Sequence record: NC_048779.1
Direction: 5' to 3' (one strand)
Length of the DNA stretch: 64,000 nucleotides
Both the position numbers and the translations under genes were made by a program. Below the pieces are notes generated by a model. It did not search any database and had not been told where the DNA came from. It worked only from the letters and a program-made list of their open reading frames with translations. Below, piece after piece: positions 52,644 through 61,496 of this stretch (its first letter is position 1; each line of letters starts with the position of its first letter).

Positions 52644-55541
52644 ATGAAACAAACGAGAGGTAATACTCGAGTCGACCTTACGGAACTACGTAAGTCACTA
52701 TCGCGTGTCCCTAAACCACTAGAAGCAATACTTAACGTTCGGGTATCAGAAACTCGATCTGAGGGTACCGGTACCGAAGAGGAACAACTTCGTCGGGTTG
52801 AAGGTCGTAAGCTAAAGAGTCTAGGCGACATTATCGCCAATACGATCAACGCTAACGTTGACCTTAAGAAAATCACACCTTATATCACCAAGGCTGAGGT
52901 AATTTGGAAAACGTTGATCTTACACCCTAACGGTGCAACGAAAAACATTCTGGAGTACGACTCGAACAACAGTGAATTTAAAAACACTAAATTGCATGAT
53001 AGCTTACTAAGGGTCTTGAGTGAGTACTACACCAACGACTATAAAATCGAGCGTGAACTACCAAATATGGTCTCTGACTTATTAATTGGTAGCGGTAGTT
53101 ACGTTAAGCTAAACATCACACGTCCTGCGCTTGATAACATTATTAACGGTAACCAGATTGTTGAAGGTAATGAAAGCTTTACCAAACAACAATACCGTGA
53201 GTCGGTTGAAAAAGAAATCAATAACGTGTTCAAACAAGCTACGTTAAATGATAAACCGGCAATGTTAGCTAAGAACATTGGATTTGTTAAAAACCCAAAA
53301 GCGGTGGATGATAAAGTAACTGGTATGGAAGCTATCTGGAACGATGGTTCTGGAGAAGACGACTACGAGTTCCCTATCATTGACGAGAGATTCGGGATCA
53401 CGGTAACGGATAACGTTAGTGTGTTGGCTGTCCAAAACATGCGCCATCGTATCAAAGAGCGATTAAACGGTATTCAGGGTAACGAGTCTATTCAGAGTTA
53501 CGTGACTAACCGTATGGCTAAAACGGACGTGTTGAATAGTGCTGATAAAGAAAAGAAAAAGAAGACCAAGCAACCTAATCCGGGAGCTAAAACTGCAAAC
53601 CTTGGTTTAGCGCAACAAGAAGCTCTGCAACAAGTTATGCCGGGTGATCGCAGTTATGCAACTAAAGCTGCACAATCTTTACGTGCACCAAGGGTTTATA
53701 GTCAAGCTCCTTGGGGGACTCCTTTAGGTTACCATCTTCCGAGTGACTGTTTTATCCCTGTACACGTTCATGGTGATGTTAATCGTCTCCGTGGTGGTTA
53801 TGCATTGTTGGATGAAAACGGTGAGTTCCTGAAGATGAGTAAGGATTACCGTTTCTACCAGTCGCTGACCGCACAAGCCAATAAGATTGACGACAAACCA
53901 ACTGGGACGTCGACTAACTCATTGATCGCTAACTTACGTAAAGTTCAGAGCGGCGGTGAGTGTGATTTTGATATGAGTGAATTTGCAATGATCGCGAAGT
54001 CACAAATTGAGAAAGAACTTTACCAAGCCGTATGGTCGGGGAGCGATGGTTCCGACGTTTCAATCGATTTGGAAGAAGATGTGCTGAAACTCTTCTTAGA
54101 GCGCGCATTCCAACAACAGCGGACGCGCGTACTTTACATCCCTGAGTGTTACTTCACTTACATGGCGTTCCAGTACAACCGTCTAGGGATTGGTGAGTCG
54201 TTAACCACTCAAGCGAAAGACTTCATTGCACGTCTGGCCGCGTTGGATGTTGCGGACGCACTAGCTCAACTAGATAACGCTCAAACACGTAATGAACTCG
54301 TGGTAGCTTTAGAAGCTCAAGACACCGATCCAGACTTAACGATCTCTATGGCTCGTTATGAGTTCTTTAAATCGAATCCTACGGTTCATAACTTGATTTC
54401 ATCTGGCACGTTATCAATGCCAATGATTGTGGATGCGTTAAAAGAACAATCTTTATTGATCCGTGTAGAGGCTGGTGATAACAAATTCGTTACCGCCCCG
54501 CAAATGCAGGTGAACCAAATCGACCGTACTTCGTTTAAGCGTGTTGATGAAGATTCTCGTCAGTATTTGCTGTCTTCTATTGCCAACACTTATGGTCTAC
54601 CTCGTAGCTGGTTGGATGAACGCGATGAGAACGGTAACAACTTCCAGATCGAAGCATTGGCTGAACAAGAAACTTTGTGTAACCAAACGATCATGTACCA
54701 AACTCAACTTGCTGAAATGTTAACTGACATTATTCGTAAGAATGCTTTAGTTAACGAACCGGTAATGAACCGCTTGGTGGATACGATTCTGGACTCCCCG
54801 GAAAAGTTATTGGTACCGGATTCTAAAGTTAAGATCGAAGGTGACAAACAAGAGAAAGTCATGGTGATCTTAAATGACTTCCTTCAAAACTTCTTTGTTT
54901 CTTTACCACGTCCAACAACAATGGAATCCGTGACTAAGATCAAAGAGAAAATGGAGTTAGCCGAGGAATGGTCTGAGAAAGTAGTGTCGATGTCTGCGGC
55001 GAAAGGACTAATGGGCCCACTGTTGGAGCGATTGAATATCGACAGTGAAAAACTGAGTCCTGATGAACTGGAAAGTCAGTTTGCAGCAGTAATCCGTTAC
55101 CGAGCGTTTAAATTGTTCAACGTCCCAACACCTTTCGATGATATCATGAACAAAGGTAAAGAGGGCGGCATGTTCTCCTTACTTAACGAACTCGATTACT
55201 TTAACGAGAACGTGGGTAACTTTATCATTGAATACATGAAACAGTTCGACGATCGCGTGGAACGACTTGCTAAGGCTTTACCTAAACCGGAAGGTAGTGA
55301 ATTCACGGGTGATGAAAATTCCGACCCACTGGAGATCGGTGACACTGGTGAAGAGCAAACGGACGAATCCTTAGAAGACACTGATGAGTCTGCCGACTTT
55401 GAAAGTGAAGAACTTGACGGAACTGAAGAACCTGAAGAAACCGAGGAAACTGAAGAAACAGACGAACCTGCTGAAGAGGAAGAGTCTGAGGAAACAGAAG
55501 AATTGGAAGACGATGAAGGTTTAGAAGAACCGGAAGAGTAA
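52644..55541 (+). CDS. Portal protein (phiKZ gp129-like) with very acidic C-terminal tail
   Basis: 965 aa; overall pattern (GSY, PVH..G....G...LLDE.G.F, G.G.SL, G.P....D) resembles jumbo-phage portals; last ~80 aa dominated by E/D. Confidence 0.7.
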   Translation: MKQTRGNTRVDLTELRKSLSRVPKPLEAILNVRVSETRSEGTGTEEEQLRRVEGRKLKSLGDIIANTINANVDLKKITPYITKAEVIWKTLILHPNGATKNILEYDSNNSEFKNTKLHDSLLRVLSEYYTNDYKIERELPNMVSDLLIGSGSYVKLNITRPALDNIINGNQIVEGNESFTKQQYRESVEKEINNVFKQATLNDKPAMLAKNIGFVKNPKAVDDKVTGMEAIWNDGSGEDDYEFPIIDERFGITVTDNVSVLAVQNMRHRIKERLNGIQGNESIQSYVTNRMAKTDVLNSADKEKKKKTKQPNPGAKTANLGLAQQEALQQVMPGDRSYATKAAQSLRAPRVYSQAPWGTPLGYHLPSDCFIPVHVHGDVNRLRGGYALLDENGEFLKMSKDYRFYQSLTAQANKIDDKPTGTSTNSLIANLRKVQSGGECDFDMSEFAMIAKSQIEKELYQAVWSGSDGSDVSIDLEEDVLKLFLERAFQQQRTRVLYIPECYFTYMAFQYNRLGIGESLTTQAKDFIARLAALDVADALAQLDNAQTRNELVVALEAQDTDPDLTISMARYEFFKSNPTVHNLISSGTLSMPMIVDALKEQSLLIRVEAGDNKFVTAPQMQVNQIDRTSFKRVDEDSRQYLLSSIANTYGLPRSWLDERDENGNNFQIEALAEQETLCNQTIMYQTQLAEMLTDIIRKNALVNEPVMNRLVDTILDSPEKLLVPDSKVKIEGDKQEKVMVILNDFLQNFFVSLPRPTTMESVTKIKEKMELAEEWSEKVVSMSAAKGLMGPLLERLNIDSEKLSPDELESQFAAVIRYRAFKLFNVPTPFDDIMNKGKEGGMFSLLNELDYFNENVGNFIIEYMKQFDDRVERLAKALPKPEGSEFTGDENSDPLEIGDTGEEQTDESLEDTDESADFESEELDGTEEPEETEETEETDEPAEEEESEETEELEDDEGLEEPEE

Positions 55542-55555
55542 AAAAAATAAACTGT

Positions 55556-55590
55556 ATATACCCACCTCCCCAAACGGGGAGGTGGGTATA
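55556..55590. terminator. Bidirectional terminator, 15-bp perfect stem
   Basis: atatacccacctccc-caaac-gggaggtgggtatat between convergent stops. Confidence 0.8.
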
Positions 55591-55591
55591 T

Positions 55592-55957
55592 TTATTTCTT
55601 ATGGGATCTTAACACGTCGTAAAGTGTGTTTAGATGTCCAAAGAATTTAGTGCCATGGTCACCTAGTAAGTAGAAGTGTTGGTAAGCTCGCTTAAGCAAA
55701 GCTTCTTTACCTGAACAACGTTCTAACCAATACAGAAAAACCAAGCTGACATTATGAGTAAGTTCCGCGTCACCACGGTACCAGCCTTTATCATAAAGCA
55801 CGGTTTTACACTCCGAGAGCTTAGGATGTTTCCAGTTCTCTGAGATGTCGTCTTCAACCATCAGCTTAACTAGCCGTGGTTTAAAGTCATTAATTTCACC
55901 CAATGTTAATGCTTCCGTTAGGAAAGGTATCGGGTGCGGTGCGACTTCAATGCTCAT
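55592..55957 (-). CDS. Hypothetical protein
   Basis: Start moved to MSIEV (ATG 55957; AAGG upstream; the longer ORF starts inside a hairpin). Confidence 0.7.
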   Translation of the reverse strand: MSIEVAPHPIPFLTEALTLGEINDFKPRLVKLMVEDDISENWKHPKLSECKTVLYDKGWYRGDAELTHNVSLVFLYWLERCSGKEALLKRAYQHFYLLGDHGTKFFGHLNTLYDVLRSHKK

Positions 55958-56001
55958 CAGATTCGACCTTAGTAATAGACAAAAAATAAATTGTTTTAGT
56001 T

Positions 56002-56037
56002 TTAGGATGTTACAGGCTTTCGCCCATAACATCCTAA
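56002..56037 (-). terminator. Hairpin with GAAA tetraloop and G-U pairs (minus-strand specific)
   Basis: ttaggatgtta-tgggc-GAAA-gcctg-taacatcctaa. Confidence 0.6.
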
Positions 56038-56041
56038 TAAC

Positions 56042-56485
56042 TTAGTCTTGTTGTGTAGGGATAGTTTCCAACTCTTCTGCATCAGGGTTGTCGAATAGAG
56101 AACCCAACATGCTACCTGCTGTTGCACTAACTACACCGACCGCTGCACCGATAGCAACATCCTTCACCATAGATCTTTCACGGTCTTGTTTACCTAGGTA
56201 GTAGGAAGCCCCGCCAACGGCACCCGCTGTTGTAATAGCGGCTGTTGTAGAACGAGTGTAAGCGCTTACTGCACCACCTGCGATTAGTCCACCCACTAGG
56301 CTGTAAAGGTTAATACCTTGTTTACCTTCATTAACAGGGGTTTCTTTCTTCGAAGCTTCAGAAGTACCTTGGTCTTTATCTGAACCTTTAGTTTCTTCAG
56401 TTTTAGGACCTTCGTACTTTTCGAAATCATCTACGTATTCAGCTTCGTTTTTACCAGCGTTTTTGTTTTGGTTTTTGTTAGACAT
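56042..56485 (-). CDS. Glycine-zipper membrane protein behind a putative early promoter
   Basis: Charged N-terminus, then LVGGLIAGGAV...AGAVGGASYYLG and VAIGAAVGVVSATAGSMLG. Confidence 0.75.
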   Translation of the reverse strand: MSNKNQNKNAGKNEAEYVDDFEKYEGPKTEETKGSDKDQGTSEASKKETPVNEGKQGINLYSLVGGLIAGGAVSAYTRSTTAAITTAGAVGGASYYLGKQDRERSMVKDVAIGAAVGVVSATAGSMLGSLFDNPDAEELETIPTQQD

Positions 56486-56535
56486 AATGTGTTCCTTCTT
56501 TAAGGTTAGTTGAATTTAAATACATGTATCTTTAT

Positions 56536-56553
56536 ACACCTAGACTATATAGA
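56536..56553 (-). promoter_or_regulatory. Putative early promoter (copy 5)
   Basis: Minus strand TCTATAT-AGTCTA-GGTGT, 51 bp upstream of the start at 56485. Confidence 0.65.
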
Positions 56554-56594
56554 TCTGAAATAATCTGTATGTTAAAAAATAAAGAAAGCAAACA

Positions 56595-56626
56595 TAACCT
56601 CACCTCCCGTTAAGGAGGTGAGGTTA
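56595..56626. terminator. 13-bp perfect inverted repeat terminator
   Basis: taacctcacctcc-cgttaa-ggaggtgaggtta after the stop at 56636. Confidence 0.75.
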
Positions 56627-56635
56627 GAATGTTTA

Positions 56636-57385
56636 TTAAAGGTCCATGACTTTACGCATGTAATCCAAGTACTCTTCACGGTTATGGAACTGACGGAAGG
56701 TTTTAACTACATAACGACCGTCATCACCCATCCCGCCTTCGATGTGTTCAGCCAAAGGTGCTTCTTTAACTTCCTGTATGGCTTCCTGTAAAGAGTTACC
56801 AACTTCTTTGAACATCTCGTCGGATGAATTAGGGGGGCCATCCTCGTGGCGTTCATCGAGCGATTTACGATCGTAGGACTCGTTTAAGATTCGGTGATCT
56901 ACGTATTTTTCTGTCCACTCTAAAGGATCCATATCCACAAAACTTTCATTTAAGAAACTTAGTGTCAGTTGTTCGTTCCCGACAGTCACTTCAAGTATGT
57001 ATGGATAATCGTTATGGTGGTTGGAGGTTTCCATTAACAACCTACGAAGTGCCACAGAAATTACTTTACGTTCCTTATACTCGCCCATCAAGAGATGATT
57101 CAAAATCTCACTCACCCCCATTAGGTCTTCTGACACCACCATGGGATAATGGTCGAGGTTATCTATGCAAGTGTACATAACGTCGTTCGTCGGAATAATG
57201 ACGTTATAGAACCTGCGTTGGATAGAAAAGCTCAGGGACGGTGGGAGTTGGGTTAGTAGACTCATCTCCCGTTTTTCCGTTAACCACTTTCGGAGCAGTT
57301 GCTCGTCAAAATACTCACCTTTCATAACCTCAAGGAACTGTTCCGGTGTGAATTCACCAAATATAGAACGATCTTTTTCTGTCAT
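56636..57385 (-). CDS. Hypothetical protein
   Basis: Start moved to MTEKD (ATGA overlap with the upstream stop). Confidence 0.75.
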   Translation of the reverse strand: MTEKDRSIFGEFTPEQFLEVMKGEYFDEQLLRKWLTEKREMSLLTQLPPSLSFSIQRRFYNVIIPTNDVMYTCIDNLDHYPMVVSEDLMGVSEILNHLLMGEYKERKVISVALRRLLMETSNHHNDYPYILEVTVGNEQLTLSFLNESFVDMDPLEWTEKYVDHRILNESYDRKSLDERHEDGPPNSSDEMFKEVGNSLQEAIQEVKEAPLAEHIEGGMGDDGRYVVKTFRQFHNREEYLDYMRKVMDL

Positions 57386-58386
57386 GACTCTTCCTCTAAG
57401 TCGATAATATCCCCACCAACAGACCATTTTGCTTTGACTGGAGGCAACCCAAGGTGTTCACGTAATAGATTCACTTGGGTTAACAGCAAATGTTGTGGTA
57501 TCTTTTTCACCGCAGGTATTTGCTCCCCGGAGAACGTTGGCGATGTCGTGTTCGGTGACATTGATGCATCGTCGTTAATTTTTACATTTAAAGCTTTAGT
57601 GAAATCAACCTTCCAATCTTTAAGCGCAAGTAAATCACGCTGATCGTTCGGGTAGGTTAATGTCACGTCACCTACAGTCACGGTAGAATCTTCCGAGTAA
57701 GCTGGGAAACGAGGATCTTTAAACCACTCTTCTAAGTAGAATTCTGCGTTCTCTGGATTACTCCCAATGATCATTGCTAATCGCACCGCATCAAGTTTAG
57801 CAATAGTGATGTAATCTGGCTTATCTGGATCAGGTTTTAAGAACGATAATCCCATTTGACTCGGTAGGTTTTTGAGACTAGTGGTTTCCAACTCCAATGG
57901 AAACAACACATAATGCATTTCTCCGGGGTGGAACTTTTTACCCACTAAACGTAGCGGACCAATAAACGGGAACCCGTAATGACCTTCTGGTGAGAAGGCG
58001 ATATTTGGGGTTTCTTCCCCCAGATAAATACGAGTCATGAGTTTATAACTGGTGACCTCTTTTAAAGGGAATGTTTTATTAAAGGGGAAAGTTTGATGGA
58101 ATTTAATCTTACTATCCACACCCGCTTTAAAATAAAGACCGGGTTCTTTGTTAAACATATGGAGTTCGTCTTTGGTCTTAGGGAAATCCACCGTAAGATA
58201 ACCGTCACTCAACGTAAAGGCGTAATCCTTCATGAAGCGGAGGTCAGAAGTAAATGGGTAAAGAGCCCAAACCAACTTAGTAATACCGAGCATGTCTTCC
58301 ATACCGGATTTGTTTTGAATTGCGGTTTGTATGCGGTAAGCGACTGCATCAAGCAATTCATTATCATCATGATGTGCGTATTCCAT
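57382..58386 (-). CDS. Hypothetical protein
   Basis: 334 aa ORF in a tightly packed operon. Confidence 0.8.
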   Translation of the reverse strand: MEYAHHDDNELLDAVAYRIQTAIQNKSGMEDMLGITKLVWALYPFTSDLRFMKDYAFTLSDGYLTVDFPKTKDELHMFNKEPGLYFKAGVDSKIKFHQTFPFNKTFPLKEVTSYKLMTRIYLGEETPNIAFSPEGHYGFPFIGPLRLVGKKFHPGEMHYVLFPLELETTSLKNLPSQMGLSFLKPDPDKPDYITIAKLDAVRLAMIIGSNPENAEFYLEEWFKDPRFPAYSEDSTVTVGDVTLTYPNDQRDLLALKDWKVDFTKALNVKINDDASMSPNTTSPTFSGEQIPAVKKIPQHLLLTQVNLLREHLGLPPVKAKWSVGGDIIDLEEES

Positions 58387-58389
58387 AAC

Positions 58390-58953
58390 TTAATGTCTCA
58401 CTGGTAGTTTCAAAAGGTTTTTGTTTCTAACCCAAGGTAGATGAGGCCCCCACATCCTTAAACGATCTATACGGCGCTGTAAGCCCGTGTTACGTCGTAC
58501 TAAGGCAAAGTCCACATAAGCGTAGAAATTATGCGGGGAAGTTAATTTGTGGATGTGTACGGGGGTATCGTGGTAACTGACTAGGAGTGGTGAAGATTTT
58601 CTTAGTAAATCCAAATCAGTTTCGTCATAACCTCGACAAAAGTGATTTTTCTTACCACACTCTTTCTTATCAGTTCGACTATTCACAACAACAGGTAAGC
58701 GGAAAAACAAACGCTCGCGGTTACGGTTATTGGTCTTTAACGACACATTCACTAAACGAACCGTTTGACGGTGTTCCTTTATCTTAGGAAAAACACGTAA
58801 CTCCATCCAGTTTTCGTATTCTTCGCGTAAGGTGGTAAACACCAAGTCGTAATAGTTATTGGTTTTAACCGAACTCAACGCCATTACTTTTTCTTCTAAC
58901 TGGTCCAAAAACCCATCCACGGTTCTTGGGTAAAGTAGTTTCTTAACTAACAT
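58390..58953 (-). CDS. Hypothetical basic protein
   Basis: 187 aa ORF; AGGA RBS. Confidence 0.75.
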   Translation of the reverse strand: MLVKKLLYPRTVDGFLDQLEEKVMALSSVKTNNYYDLVFTTLREEYENWMELRVFPKIKEHRQTVRLVNVSLKTNNRNRERLFFRLPVVVNSRTDKKECGKKNHFCRGYDETDLDLLRKSSPLLVSYHDTPVHIHKLTSPHNFYAYVDFALVRRNTGLQRRIDRLRMWGPHLPWVRNKNLLKLPVRH

Positions 58954-58976
58954 ACTAAAAAAATCCTGAGATTAAT

Positions 58977-59002
58977 AAGAGAGAGTCCGAAGACCCTCTC
59001 TT
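58977..59002 (-). terminator. Terminator hairpin with cUUCGg loop
   Basis: Minus strand aagagagggtc-TTCG-gactctctctt. Confidence 0.7.
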
Positions 59003-59012
59003 GTAATTATTA

Positions 59013-61496
59013 TTAATTGGTTGCCATCAAATCCAACAGCCCTAAACGATCTTGACGGTTAAGTTTACGTAGAGTACCTACGTTACCACCATCGTAACGA
59101 TTAGTTTGGAATGTCCAACGTTGGTCACTTGCATCAGTGAACACGATGATCTGTTCCGCTCCCGGTTTCAACTTAGCTGACGCACTACCGTAAGCGGCGC
59201 TGACTAATTTGAACAGGTTAGGGATTTCACTGCGTTTCACAATTGCTATGGACTCTCCAGCGCTATTGACCGGTGGAGCCATGTTAGAGATGCGAGTGAT
59301 GATAACTTCACGGACGAATAGTACACGCATCGCTGCGTCGTATTCTTCTACCGCACGAGTGCGGGACTTAGGACGAATGTTCGCTGTTAGGATACGAAGT
59401 GCTTCCACTCGATCAACAAAACATTGCGATTTCGAAATAAGTGTTTGTGATGTTTTATTAGTAGACAGTTCAGCATGTGCTTCAGGACAAAGCTTAAGGA
59501 TTTCGTCTTCTAAATCATCAAAACAATCCGTCAGAGTATGCACTTGGAAATAGTGGTCGCTCTTAGGATCATTGCTGTAACCATAACGATCAATCATGTG
59601 ACGTTCTAGTTCAGTCTTAAGGTACGTGTCTATGATTCGGATTAATTCACCTTCCTCGATAAACTGACGACCGATGGTGTGGTACACGTTGCGGATAAAG
59701 TCGAAGTACGATGTATTCACCGGACGATCTTTAATCAGCATAGATAGACAACGATACACTTCAGTAACCGCCGAAGGAGAACTCATTAGAGTCGACTCAT
59801 GGTGGATTTCAATGTTAGTCGTTGCGTGAATGATACCCTTACGAGTACCCACGGTGTGAACGTGCATTGCTTCACGGTCTTGTTCTTCGAGATCACGGAC
59901 TGCGATTTCTTCAATCAAGGTATGACGAGCTTCACGATCTTCCATTGCCGCCATCTTCACTGCGTCTAGATCGTATTGTTCTTCTTCGTCTACCACTAGG
60001 TCCACGTTTCGAACTTCAACGATGCCGTCTTCAGTTTCTTTCAGATGAGGTAATAGTAACTCTGGATTAGTAAGGAATGTTTCCACTGCTCTCCCTCTTG
60101 TATTGATCAAGTGGTCGTCACCGTTAGGCAAACCATTTTCGTCCAGAGTAAACACTGTCACGTAACCCGGGATCGAACGCATGTAACGGTAACTACCACG
60201 GAAGAAAGCATCACGTAGAACGTCAAGCATTTCTTCATCAGTAGTAAATAAGTTAGTGTGCGGTACTGCAATCAAACGCTCTTTCCAGTTGTACTTATGA
60301 TGGTTATCAGGAGTCATACCGTAAAAGTCGTCTTGGATTACAGTTGGTTCACCGAATACTAACGGTGCGTCGTCCTCATCATCCGTCCAACTCGTGCTAG
60401 TCTCTGGAAGAGTTTCTTCACGGTAGTAAGATTGAGGGGAACGTTGTTGTGATTGTTCAGTTGCTTGCTTGGTGAGGTTCTCTTGTTCCAAGCGATTCAA
60501 TTCAAACAACATGTCAGTAACCGGAGTACGGGAATCTGGAGACGGTTGATATTGAAAAGCATCAACAACTGGTTGATGGTAAGGTTCTGGTGGTCGAGCG
60601 TATTGCTTGATCACATAGTTGGCTGGATCACTTGCGTGGTCCAGTGTTTCTTCCAGTTTCGGTTCAAATCCATCGTACGGGGAATCGATCCCCATAAAGG
60701 CAAATGAATCCGAAATAGACGGCGCACGATCACGGTATTGATCTAACAAACGTTTACGAAAGTGAGCCCCTATAGGACCTTCTTCTTGTAACGTAGCACG
60801 AGCACTCGGTGATTGGGTTAACCAACGACATAACTCGATCGCTAAAATGTTATCAATACAGCCTTGATAAAGCAATTCGCTTTGGCGTGAATCTGGGACG
60901 GCTTCGTGCATGATACCTGTCGCCATCTGGTGGGCAAACAAAGTACCAACGTTAAAGCCGATGGCCTGACGCATATTGGAGTTATTACACATCATCTCCC
61001 AGTATTTGTGTACAGTCTTAACTGGATGGCCTTCGGTGAACTTCATAGCAAACTGTGTGATCATTAACTCGACGGTTTTGAATCGTGAGTTTCGCAACGC
61101 GTATTCATTTGCGATGTGCATGATCAACGGAGCAACGGCGTTCTTTGCGTCTTCACGACGTAACGACATTAGTTCACTTTGACTTTTCTCACCGTCCGTT
61201 CCACCGTTAATGAAACTATCAACGGAAGAATAGTCGATGTTGGTGCTACCTTTACGTTCCTCATACGAAAAGTTGTTTTTGACTTGGCCTGACCGCATCA
61301 TGGATTGCAATTGGTCTAACGGGGACATTTGGCGCTGTCCCGTTCCCGGCATACCCATGTTTGAAGGTTGACCCGTTCCCATTGTCGGCATCATGTTCTG
61401 CTGAGGCTGGGATTGCGACCAGTTTTGAGTAGAGCCGATTTCTCGACCTACTGGGGTACCGGGACGCGATGGGAAGTTTGGATTTTGATGACTCAT
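59013..61496 (-). CDS. Large hypothetical protein with Q/M/P/G-rich N-terminus, coupled to the RNAP subunit gene
   Basis: 827 aa; ATGA overlap with 61493-63166. Confidence 0.8.
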   Translation of the reverse strand: MSHQNPNFPSRPGTPVGREIGSTQNWSQSQPQQNMMPTMGTGQPSNMGMPGTGQRQMSPLDQLQSMMRSGQVKNNFSYEERKGSTNIDYSSVDSFINGGTDGEKSQSELMSLRREDAKNAVAPLIMHIANEYALRNSRFKTVELMITQFAMKFTEGHPVKTVHKYWEMMCNNSNMRQAIGFNVGTLFAHQMATGIMHEAVPDSRQSELLYQGCIDNILAIELCRWLTQSPSARATLQEEGPIGAHFRKRLLDQYRDRAPSISDSFAFMGIDSPYDGFEPKLEETLDHASDPANYVIKQYARPPEPYHQPVVDAFQYQPSPDSRTPVTDMLFELNRLEQENLTKQATEQSQQRSPQSYYREETLPETSTSWTDDEDDAPLVFGEPTVIQDDFYGMTPDNHHKYNWKERLIAVPHTNLFTTDEEMLDVLRDAFFRGSYRYMRSIPGYVTVFTLDENGLPNGDDHLINTRGRAVETFLTNPELLLPHLKETEDGIVEVRNVDLVVDEEEQYDLDAVKMAAMEDREARHTLIEEIAVRDLEEQDREAMHVHTVGTRKGIIHATTNIEIHHESTLMSSPSAVTEVYRCLSMLIKDRPVNTSYFDFIRNVYHTIGRQFIEEGELIRIIDTYLKTELERHMIDRYGYSNDPKSDHYFQVHTLTDCFDDLEDEILKLCPEAHAELSTNKTSQTLISKSQCFVDRVEALRILTANIRPKSRTRAVEEYDAAMRVLFVREVIITRISNMAPPVNSAGESIAIVKRSEIPNLFKLVSAAYGSASAKLKPGAEQIIVFTDASDQRWTFQTNRYDGGNVGTLRKLNRQDRLGLLDLMATN

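Noticed and set aside
55196-55573. 125-aa Ser-rich minus-strand ORF
   Set aside because: Antisense shadow of the GAA-rich acidic portal tail.
7743-58953. TATG overlapping many start codons as late promoters
   Set aside because: A 4-mer in AT-rich spacers is expected often by chance; individual promoters cannot be called without transcript data.
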